Below, piece by piece: positions 36,222 to 42,664 of a stretch of DNA of 42,664 nt. Below the pieces are notes generated by a model. The model searched no databases. It had not been told where the DNA came from and worked only from the letters and a program-made list of their open reading frames with translations. This DNA comes from an uncultured Candidatus Saccharibacteria bacterium (GTDB taxonomy: Bacteria; Patescibacteriota; Saccharimonadia; Saccharimonadales; CAZARM01), in NCBI GenBank assembly GCA_964487615.1, contig CAZARM010000002.1, forward strand, positions 32,160-74,823, read 5' to 3'. Numbering within the stretch: position 1 is the stretch's first letter; each line of letters opens with the position of its first letter. A program made the position numbers and the translations under genes.

Positions 36222-36724
36222 GTCTTAAAATCTAGCGTTTCGTAGATATCGGCCCCACTGGGATCGGGACGTCTGAATATAGCCATTCGTATTTGAACTG
36301 GCTTTAGTTTGTAAGCCACATAGCCGCCGGCTTGAAGTTTTGATATAGGCGGGTTACCGGATTCACTCGTATCTCTAGATGCCTTCAATGTATCTATAAA
36401 GATCTGCTTAGCTTGCACCTTGTTATCCACAATTTCAGTAACTCCTGTGACTTGAGCTGTTGTTTGACTTGTCGGTTCATAAGTCACCAGCATAGCGTGA
36501 TTGTTGTGCACAAGATTGTCGTGTTTCTTGGTTCTTTCTTTTGTCGTAAACAAAATGTTAAATTCCTCGTCAACTGAAAAGTAAATCGTTGCAGCGTGCG
36601 GATTACCGTTTGGGTCAACGGACGCCAATACGCCGATACGATTATTCTTGAGAAAATCGTAAATTCTTTGACTACTCTCGGATGATCCTGGAAGTGGCTT
36701 CTTAGGGGCTTTTAAAACATTCAT
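36218..36724 (-). CDS. pyridoxamine 5'-phosphate oxidase-like (FMN-binding split-barrel) protein
   Basis: IYDFLKNNRIGVLASVDPNGNPHAATIYFSVDEEFNILFTTKERTKKHDNL is paralogous in pattern to 33076..33537. Confidence 0.65.
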   Translation of the reverse strand: MNVLKAPKKPLPGSSESSQRIYDFLKNNRIGVLASVDPNGNPHAATIYFSVDEEFNILFTTKERTKKHDNLVHNNHAMLVTYEPTSQTTAQVTGVTEIVDNKVQAKQIFIDTLKASRDTSESGNPPISKLQAGGYVAYKLKPVQIRMAIFRRPDPSGADIYETLDFKT

Positions 36725-36855
36725 GGTGACTCTCCATTACAAACTTATTTTCTAGCAATCACCATGCATACACAGTGAGCTTAATCACTCTTAGTTGATG
36801 ATTCGCATCAAGGCAAAAAGTTATTACGACTGCTTCAATATAAATGGGGGATGAA

Positions 36856-37374
36856 ATGATGTACACAGTACCTAAATCAAATAATGAGCTGCTTGTAAAA
36901 GATCAAGGCAAAGTTGATGACAAGGCAGCCGATGGTGTAAGCCACAAGGAACGAATTAAGCGTGAATTGCGAGCACTTGGTGTTACAAAACATGCGCTCC
37001 GACGGGGAGGAGGGCGTTATCTGCCTAGTATGATCCACCCGGATGAACATATCGGTGGGGTGGTATATGGGAGGCGTGATTCTAGTTTTGTGGTATTGGT
37101 CGCAACTGATAGGCGTATTATTTTTCTCGACAAGCAGCCATTATTTATCAACGAAGACGAGATTACGTACTTCGTCGTCAGTGGCGTGAGCTATAGCCAT
37201 GCCGGAATTGGCTCAACGATCACGTTGCACACCAGAATAAAGGATTATCCCATACGTACCCTAAACCAAAAGTGTGCAACAGGCTTCATGAGATATGTAG
37301 AACAACGATGTCTGGAACATAAGAGTCAAAAGGAGGAAAGCCATGATAACCCTGAACAAAGCTGGGCTGTATAA
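36856..37374 (+). CDS. bacterial PH-domain-like protein
   Basis: GVVYGRRDSSFVVLVATDRRIIFLDK....NEDEITY..VSGV resembles bPH/YokE-like domains. GGGGGA Shine-Dalgarno precedes the ATG at 36856. Confidence 0.5.
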   Translation: MMYTVPKSNNELLVKDQGKVDDKAADGVSHKERIKRELRALGVTKHALRRGGGRYLPSMIHPDEHIGGVVYGRRDSSFVVLVATDRRIIFLDKQPLFINEDEITYFVVSGVSYSHAGIGSTITLHTRIKDYPIRTLNQKCATGFMRYVEQRCLEHKSQKEESHDNPEQSWAV

Positions 37375-37747
37375 GCTCATCGAGACCAAACATAACACCA
37401 GAGTGCTCTACCTGGATAATGACACCTATGCTTGGGTGGAACCAAGGAACATTGGTGAGATCCTTGTAGCGTCGCGCAAAGTTCACAAAACCGACTGTGT
37501 ACTAAGTCTTGGCCACTACCGACTATATGATGTTAAAGACGAACCAGCTTTATCTGATCAAATGCATCTAGAATTGGAAGTAGGAAGAAATCACTGGCAA
37601 GGTTATTTACTACTCAGCGGGCTACCAGATTTCCATAAACTGCGAGGGCGAATAATCCCCACCCAAGAAGTGATCACCGGCAACCCCAACTTTGCGCATA
37701 GAAAGGTATATGAAAACCTGGCAGCTGAAACCACCGTGCATTGGTAA
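37343..37747 (+). CDS. hypothetical protein (134 aa)
   Basis: Strong AAGGAGG Shine-Dalgarno. Overlaps the previous gene by 32 nt. Confidence 0.55.
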   Translation: MITLNKAGLYKLIETKHNTRVLYLDNDTYAWVEPRNIGEILVASRKVHKTDCVLSLGHYRLYDVKDEPALSDQMHLELEVGRNHWQGYLLLSGLPDFHKLRGRIIPTQEVITGNPNFAHRKVYENLAAETTVHW

Positions 37748-37769
37748 CCTTAAGTAGGAGGACAAAATT

Positions 37770-37982
37770 ATGGGCTACAACATATCAACTAATTGGACCG
37801 TCGTACTGATATTAGTAGCTCTATGGGAATTTGTTTGGAAAGGTCTTGCTCTGTGGAAAGCAAGCCGCAATAACCAAACTGGTTGGTTTGTAACACTACT
37901 ACTTATAAACAGTGCCGGTGTCTTGCCAATTATTTATCTGCTAACACATCGCAATATAACTAACGAGGTAGTAAAGGAGTAA
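37770..37982 (+). CDS. small two-TM membrane protein (DUF5652-like)
   Basis: AGGAGG Shine-Dalgarno and the motif W.F.WKG.ALWKA.R.....WF......N..G.L.I.YL. Confidence 0.6.
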   Translation: MGYNISTNWTVVLILVALWEFVWKGLALWKASRNNQTGWFVTLLLINSAGVLPIIYLLTHRNITNEVVKE

Positions 37983-37986
37983 TATC

Positions 37987-38175
37987 ATGAAACAGTTATA
38001 TTTATCGAAAGATAAAAAATTATTGGGCGTATGTGGAGGAGTTAGTGAATACTTTGATATCGACCCTAGCCTGGTGCGTCTCGGCTGGATAGTAATGACA
38101 GCGCTGACTGGTGTGTTCCCCGGCATCATCGCATACCTTATTGCGGCGATAGTTATCCCTAAAAATCCAGCGTAA
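37987..38175 (+). CDS. PspC-domain membrane protein
   Basis: [33 protein letters not shown] is the canonical PspC domain. Confidence 0.8.
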   Translation: MKQLYLSKDKKLLGVCGGVSEYFDIDPSLVRLGWIVMTALTGVFPGIIAYLIAAIVIPKNPA

Positions 38176-38230
38176 CCAATTTGCTACTCTGACATGTAAC
38201 ACGAGGAGCCTAACTGCTACAATCTAAGCC

Positions 38231-38641
38231 ATGGGATATTTGTTTATTTTAGGCTATATATTACTGGTTGGTGTCGCCACGTTCTTAATGAAAGTTAGCC
38301 TAAAGAGCCTAAGCCCTTATCAACTGAATTTCCTCATGGGTATCGGCATGTTAATCACCGGCATACCGGCGATATTAATTGCTCATCGTTCGTTTAAAAT
38401 GCCAGCCAAGGAAGTGCCTGTGGGCTTATTGATTGGGACAATGATGGCCGTTGGTTCAATTCTATTTGTGCTTGCACTTAATAAACTGCCCGTTAGTGTT
38501 GCATCAGTTTTAGCTGCCACCTATGTTGCCGTGGCCATACTTCTATCCTGGCTTTTCCTTAAAGAAAGCTTTGACACTATAAAGATAATAGGCATAACTC
38601 TGACCTTTGTCGGAGTGTTACTACTTACATACAAATCCTGA
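38231..38641 (+). CDS. EamA-like (DMT superfamily) four-TM half-transporter
   Basis: Four TMs and the ...VSVASVLAATYVAVAILLSWLFLKE.....KIIGI.L...GV pattern. Confidence 0.65.
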   Translation: MGYLFILGYILLVGVATFLMKVSLKSLSPYQLNFLMGIGMLITGIPAILIAHRSFKMPAKEVPVGLLIGTMMAVGSILFVLALNKLPVSVASVLAATYVAVAILLSWLFLKESFDTIKIIGITLTFVGVLLLTYKS

Positions 38642-38698
38642 ATAATCACCAAGCCGGACTCTAATCTAGGCAGATAACCTCTGATTTTTATGGCTACA

Positions 38699-39346
38699 TC
38701 ATTTCCTTTTACCAATAACATCCATCTCACCGCCAAAACTATCCATGGCTTTTTGGAACAATTCATGACTGACTTTTCGATTTTCCAAAGCAGGCAATCC
38801 AGGATCGTGAAACCAAATGTTTTCGTCGTCAAAACCAGTAACAACCACCGAGTGACCAACGTAACCTTTCTTACTATTGAGGGTACTTTGATTTACGCAT
38901 ACTTTCGCCAAATACCCATTGCTGTAAGCGTCTTTGATATCTTGGATAGTCGGTTGCTCAGGGATGACCTCTATCCTTGCCAGGTACTCAGGTGTGAGCC
39001 GCATAGCTTCTTCGAAGTCTGAATTTTCTTCTTGCCACGAAGCAATCTCGTCTCCAAAAGCTTCTCGAATATACTCAACTCCTTTATTTTGGAAAGCAGT
39101 ATAATCAAAATTGCTGTAATGCTTAACCTCATAACCATGGTTTACAAACCAGAGAGACCACTGCATCTCCCAGGTGCCTTTTTCCGGCTGCTTATCTGTA
39201 ATTTGTTCCATATCTGTGAGTGAATATCTTTTGTTTGGCTCAAAGAATCCTAGTATCATTTGTAGGCTATTCTCAACACAATGTATTCCTTCAGGATGTT
39301 CTGGAGTGGGACTACTGGAGTAAAAAGGAATCTTCAAATTCATCAC
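38699..39346 (-). CDS. papain-fold (C39-like) cysteine peptidase domain protein
   Basis: Candidate nucleophile context GIHCVENSLQMILGF and His context GHSVVVTGFDDENIWFHDPG. Inference from motif spacing. Confidence 0.5.
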   Translation of the reverse strand: MMNLKIPFYSSSPTPEHPEGIHCVENSLQMILGFFEPNKRYSLTDMEQITDKQPEKGTWEMQWSLWFVNHGYEVKHYSNFDYTAFQNKGVEYIREAFGDEIASWQEENSDFEEAMRLTPEYLARIEVIPEQPTIQDIKDAYSNGYLAKVCVNQSTLNSKKGYVGHSVVVTGFDDENIWFHDPGLPALENRKVSHELFQKAMDSFGGEMDVIGKRK

Positions 39347-39399
39347 CTAACTATAACAAAAATGGTAATGTCGAACCTGGAACAGCTTAAAAGTAAAAG

Positions 39400-39834
39400 C
39401 TATATATCGACCGGTTTGTCTGGTAGCCATGTGCCGTCGACTCGCATGTCAAATTGTATCCCCTCGGGAGCATTTGTGAATCCTGGGTTTCTGCAATAAC
39501 GAACACCAGGAAGTATCCAGACAAGTGCGTTTGCTATTCTGCTTTCAAATTTACGGCCATGTTTAGTACCTGGGCAATCCGGGCTAACATAAACTAGAAC
39601 TTCATCAAGATTTTCGGCAAACAACTCTGAAAACTCGGCATGAAATTCACTTGCCGCCAAGGACCCATCGGCTGGTGAAGCTTTAGGATACCGCTGAATA
39701 AAATCAAGGTGGTTAAAGCCTTGCTGTATAGATTTCTGCTCTTCCTTCTTGCTTTTCTCCAGAGCATTAAGCTGCCTTAGTATGACGGGACACTTTCTGC
39801 AACGTTCTGGGGTAGACTCTAAGTACTCACTCAT
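39400..39834 (-). CDS. hypothetical protein with CxxC and further Cys residues
   Basis: ORF track (CRKC near the N-terminus). No family recognised. Confidence 0.45.
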   Translation of the reverse strand: MSEYLESTPERCRKCPVILRQLNALEKSKKEEQKSIQQGFNHLDFIQRYPKASPADGSLAASEFHAEFSELFAENLDEVLVYVSPDCPGTKHGRKFESRIANALVWILPGVRYCRNPGFTNAPEGIQFDMRVDGTWLPDKPVDI

Positions 39835-39896
39835 ACATAACAGATTATTGACCTAGGAATTGTCCTTTGCAAGCATGAACAAGATGTTAATCAGCA

Positions 39897-40166
39897 CTAG
39901 GCTGTCAATTTTCTTAACTCGTTATCAATAGTTTGTATTTCTCTGCTCTCAGCTCTTTCACCTCGCGCTAAGACTACTAGCCCGCCCAGACCAACTAAGC
40001 CCAAAGCTGGATCATGTTCGACAATTGCATCTACTAACAAAACAGCATCCAGAACTAATCCAATTCGCGCACCAAGTCTAATGTTCCAATGAAGTCGTCT
40101 ATCTCTAAATGCTTGCATTGCTTCTGCGTAATGCCTAGGCGGTTCAAGCGCGCTGTCTATTCCCAT
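39897..40166 (-). CDS. small hypothetical protein
   Basis: ORF track only. One hydrophobic Gly/Leu/Val-rich segment. Confidence 0.35.
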   Translation of the reverse strand: MGIDSALEPPRHYAEAMQAFRDRRLHWNIRLGARIGLVLDAVLLVDAIVEHDPALGLVGLGGLVVLARGERAESREIQTIDNELRKLTA

Positions 40167-40234
40167 AGTTAAATTGTCTCACAATAGTCAAAATCAATCA
40201 GTAGAGGTTAGCGCTTTGGCTAAAGCTCAGTGGC

Positions 40235-40852
40235 TCAATTGTTAAGTGTTGTTATTGAACCATTTGGGTTTTTAGTCCATGACTCGGTATTCGGGTCAGT
40301 GGAACACTCCATCGCAAACTCCTCGTAGATAAGACCACCATTCTTGCTTTTGCACACAGGTCCATTAAGTGTTTCTTCGTCCCATGTTCCTTTTGGTGTC
40401 AAAACCCAGATTATTGGTGCTCCCCCAGCATGCCCCTCACCATTCTTATCAACTGGAGCCTGACCACCAGCAATATTTACCTGACTTATTTTGCTAATGT
40501 TGTATTGAGCAATGGTATCCACATCATCAATGTCATTATGAGAAAACTTGTTCTTGCTAAGGACATCAAGCATATATGCCTTGAAACTTGCGGGTGTATA
40601 GTCCGGCAACTTACTGATATCAGCTTCTGTCTGCATTGTTATATCAACTTCATGAATCGTTGTGTCTATTTTCGTATTTCCTGCTGGCGTCGATGATTCT
40701 GTGGAAGCTGGACTGTTGCTCTCAGTCGAGCCTCCATTCCGATTGTTGTACACATAGTAGCCAACGCCTCCAATGATGCCAATAGCTACCAGAATCACCA
40801 ATATCCCAACTACACCAAACCCTTTGTTACCAAGCTTTTTCATACTATCCAT
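40235..40852 (-). CDS. membrane-anchored exported protein, unknown function
   Basis: Internal ATG at 40852 or 40843. MKKLGNKGFGVVGILVILVAIGIIGG anchor, S/T-rich linker, and a globular domain with two Cys. Confidence 0.55.
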   Translation of the reverse strand: MDSMKKLGNKGFGVVGILVILVAIGIIGGVGYYVYNNRNGGSTESNSPASTESSTPAGNTKIDTTIHEVDITMQTEADISKLPDYTPASFKAYMLDVLSKNKFSHNDIDDVDTIAQYNISKISQVNIAGGQAPVDKNGEGHAGGAPIIWVLTPKGTWDEETLNGPVCKSKNGGLIYEEFAMECSTDPNTESWTKNPNGSITTLNN

Positions 40853-40895
40853 ATATTTGGTTGGCCTAATCATAATACTTAGCTTATAAGTGTAC

Positions 40896-40942
40896 AATAA
40901 AAAGACCTCCATTTCTGGAAGGCATAATGCTTATGCTTGGTA
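40896..40942 (-). repeat. distal copy of the tRNA-trailer direct repeat (includes a terminator-like hairpin)
   Basis: 40923-40942 (CATAATGCTTATGCTTGGTA) is identical to 42268-42287. The flank 40896-40922 is an imperfect match with a hairpin plus A-run (U-run on the minus strand). Confidence 0.8.
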
Positions 40943-40997
40943 ACCCAAGTACGTTCAAATTGGAACGACCTGAGGGCAGAATTAGGTAGATGGAAAC

Positions 40998-41717
40998 CTA
41001 TGTGTGAGTGGGTCCGGGCCTTACTTCAACAAAGTTTCCCAGCATGAAATCCATGATTAAGTCATGGGCTCGATAGGCTATCGGTAACTGCAATTTTGTA
41101 TACCATTCGGCTTTATCCTCACCGTTTGGAGTTTCAAATTGTACAGTTTGTAAAATATCGGCATCATTTTCTTCGTAAGCTTGGCGAAGGGTTGGCACAT
41201 CGTAATACTGTACGCAAGTTAAATTTGGATTGGCACTTAGGAGCAATGTTTCGGGTATGTATATATGCTCAGTTCCCTCTAGCGCCGGCAGGCATCGTCT
41301 GTAGCAAGGCAACAAAGTTGGTGCCTTCAGTTGTGTAGTGTCATCTGGTTGGACATCGGCAACAACCGCTATGGCGCTAAGGGGTTCACGTGCCAAACTA
41401 ACTGTTGCTTGTAAAACCATTTCTTCGGCATGAATATCAATTGGCCCATTTTGTGCAGGTTTGATATTAACGCCATGTAAAAGACTTACCGCATTATCAT
41501 CATCCAAAAACGTGACCCCACAAGCTGCTACTCGAAAATCCCGCCAAGATTCAGCAAACTGGAGAGAGCGTTGAGCCCTAATAAGCGCTACAACTGCATC
41601 CCCTGTCTGTCTAAGAATAGGATGGGATTGTTCTGCTCCACGAAAAACATGCATCTGCACAACAGGCTCATCAACAACACCACTTACATCGAATAAATTT
41701 TCAGCGTTTGCAATCAA
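40998..41717 (-). CDS. divergent cytidine/deoxycytidylate-deaminase-fold protein
   Basis: FRVAACG...HGVNIKP....IDIHAEEMVL...AIAVVAD...LLPCYRRC aligns with the CDA layout (F.VGAA, G.N.E, [CH]AE, PCxxC). A ~90-aa C-terminal extension follows. Confidence 0.6.
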   Translation of the reverse strand: MIANAENLFDVSGVVDEPVVQMHVFRGAEQSHPILRQTGDAVVALIRAQRSLQFAESWRDFRVAACGVTFLDDDNAVSLLHGVNIKPAQNGPIDIHAEEMVLQATVSLAREPLSAIAVVADVQPDDTTQLKAPTLLPCYRRCLPALEGTEHIYIPETLLLSANPNLTCVQYYDVPTLRQAYEENDADILQTVQFETPNGEDKAEWYTKLQLPIAYRAHDLIMDFMLGNFVEVRPGPTHT

Positions 41718-41737
41718 ACTACTATCCTTGATAAATC

Positions 41738-42184
41738 TTACGCAGCGTCTCTGGCTATTTCTTGACGAGCTTTTTCAACGCCGCCTGCTATTCCCAAAAG
41801 TTGCTGCATACCGGGATGATGAGTATCAATCCAATCTGTCGCTTCATCTTCATTGCTAAACTCTAAAAGACTCGTAAGTAGTCGCTCAGCACGTTCGTCG
41901 GCTATTGTCTCAGCTACACCTAGTAAGACAACGGCTTCCTCTGCCTTATCACTTACATGAAGGTCATGGACATGCGCACCAGCTTCGAAGTAAGATATTG
42001 ACCTTGCCTGGTCAAATCGAGTTGTAGGGCTGCCATCGATAAGACCACTACCGATAAAGGGAGCAGCTTCTACTCGAGCCTGTATTTGGCCGATAAGTAA
42101 TTCGGCTTCCATTTCTCTATGTGCTCGCTCAAAAGTAATTTCCTCAATGGGAGTGTCTCGTGTAATAAGTTCGTATATGTACAT
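41738..42184 (-). CDS. acidic hypothetical protein (148 aa), first gene of the cassette
   Basis: ORF track. AAAGGAAA Shine-Dalgarno-like sequence. Lies 20 nt upstream of the deaminase-like gene. Confidence 0.5.
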   Translation of the reverse strand: MYIYELITRDTPIEEITFERAHREMEAELLIGQIQARVEAAPFIGSGLIDGSPTTRFDQARSISYFEAGAHVHDLHVSDKAEEAVVLLGVAETIADERAERLLTSLLEFSNEDEATDWIDTHHPGMQQLLGIAGGVEKARQEIARDAA

Positions 42185-42239
42185 AATAATTTCCTTTATT
42201 ATTCAAGCCTATACTTCACGCTAATGCAAGCACGAGCAA

Positions 42240-42287
42240 AATAAAAATGACTCCAGTATCCTGAAGTCATAATGCTTATGCTTGGTA
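42240..42287 (-). repeat. proximal copy of the direct repeat, comprising the tRNA 3' end, trailer and intrinsic terminator
   Basis: ATGACTCCAG tatc CTGAAGTCAT hairpin (one mismatch) with AAAAATAAAA on the plus strand (U-run on the minus strand). Overlaps the tRNA by 5 nt (TGGTA). Confidence 0.8.
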
Positions 42288-42357
42288 GCGGGGGCCGGAC
42301 TCGAACCGGCGACCTTGTGGTTATGAGCCACACGAGCTGCCACTGCTCTACCCCGCG
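42283..42357 (-). tRNA. initiator-type tRNA-fMet (CAT)
   Basis: The reverse complement CGCGGGGTAGAGCAGTGGCAGCTCGTGTGGCTCATAACCACAAGGTCGCCGGTTCGAGTCCGGCCCCCGCTACCA closely resembles E. coli tRNA-fMet. It has an unpaired 1:72 position (C1/U72), A11:U24 and an encoded CCA. Confidence 0.9.
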
Positions 42358-42446
42358 TCGTCGAAGCAAGGCTTTAGCCTTGCGGAGACGACCAACAAAA
42401 CAAGTTTCCTGGTCTTCCCCGCAAATTTTCGGCTTGCTTCTCCTCC

Positions 42447-42499
42447 TAAATTTCTAAACAGTCGATTCGGCCAAGCCGACTTCTTGGTTTAGAAATTTA
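42447..42499. repeat. 53-nt inverted repeat / long hairpin
   Basis: TAAATTTCTAAAC (42447-42459) pairs with GTTTAGAAATTTA (42487-42499). An inner AGTC..GGCcaaGCC GACT stem lies between the arms. Confidence 0.5.
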
Positions 42500-42585
42500 A
42501 AAGACGAAAATCAAAAGAGCTCAGTAATCTTAACAAACAGAGGTGGATGTGTCAATTGAGAATATAAAACTAGCTACTTGCTGAA

Positions 42586-42615
42586 TTGACAAATTAATTC
42601 ATGATGGTGTAGCAT
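42586..42615 (+). promoter_or_regulatory. candidate promoter for a gene starting at the window edge
   Basis: TTGACA, an 18-nt spacer, then TAGCAT. AAGGAGG (42646-42652) is followed by TTG at 42660, which may be a CDS start cut by the window end. Confidence 0.3.
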
Positions 42616-42664
42616 ATTTGTATCACCCACACCGGGCGATACAACAAGGAGGTGGTCTTTTGAC

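Noticed and set aside
40766-40852. Type IV prepilin-like N-terminus (KGFGVVGILVILVAIG) in the 40235-40852 protein
   Set aside because: It lacks the conserved Glu at +5 and the GFTLIE-type motif. An ordinary signal-anchor is the simpler reading.
40943-40997. Possible relic of a tRNA 3' half next to the distal repeat copy (AGGTCG...TACCA resembles the variable loop to acceptor end)
   Set aside because: Apart from AGGTCG and the terminal TACCA there is no T-arm pairing or sustained identity to tRNA-fMet. The match is too weak to call a tRNA fragment.
40896-42287. Classical integrase-mediated genomic island or prophage at the tRNA
   Set aside because: No integrase, recombinase, transposase or phage gene lies between or beside the repeats. 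Only the repeat-flanked cassette is reported, with the mechanism left open.
42272-42457. 61-aa + strand ORF
   Set aside because: It overlaps the complete initiator tRNA gene on the opposite strand, and it has no Shine-Dalgarno site.

Overview
Compact, gene-dense bacterial chromosome segment (about 65 genes on both strands, short intergenic gaps, three convergent gene pairs with overlapping stop codons). The envelope is Gram-positive-type (sortase plus an LPXTG substrate, MurC). There is also a WhiB-like regulator, and many small proteins have no assignable function. This fits a reduced-genome Saccharibacteria/CPR-like organism or a mid-GC relative of Actinobacteria, but that placement is inference only. 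Housekeeping and transport genes: partial CutA, MscS, a receiver/histidine-kinase pair, MurC, two ABC-2 exporters, Dus, a Ca-type and an MgtA-type P-type ATPase, a TM-only MgtE, an FtsB-like protein, SDR, Crp/Fnr and PspC. There are two tRNA genes with CAT anticodons (elongator-type at 20043-20118 on +, initiator-type at 42283-42357 on -). No rRNA, CRISPR array, transposase or integrase was seen. Two regions stand out. (1) 14.1-19.9 kb is a locus of exported Asn/Ser/Thr/Gly-rich proteins built from a shared 'NTGPNS...SGDAxV' module. One carries LPATG and sits next to a sortase and a membrane GT2-like protein with substituted catalytic acidic motifs. (2) 40.9-42.3 kb is a 1.3-kb two-gene cassette (a divergent cytidine-deaminase-fold protein plus an acidic partner). 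It lies at the 3' end of the initiator tRNA and is bracketed by a ~48-bp direct repeat with a perfect 20-bp core. All family names come from motif recognition by eye. No database search was run.
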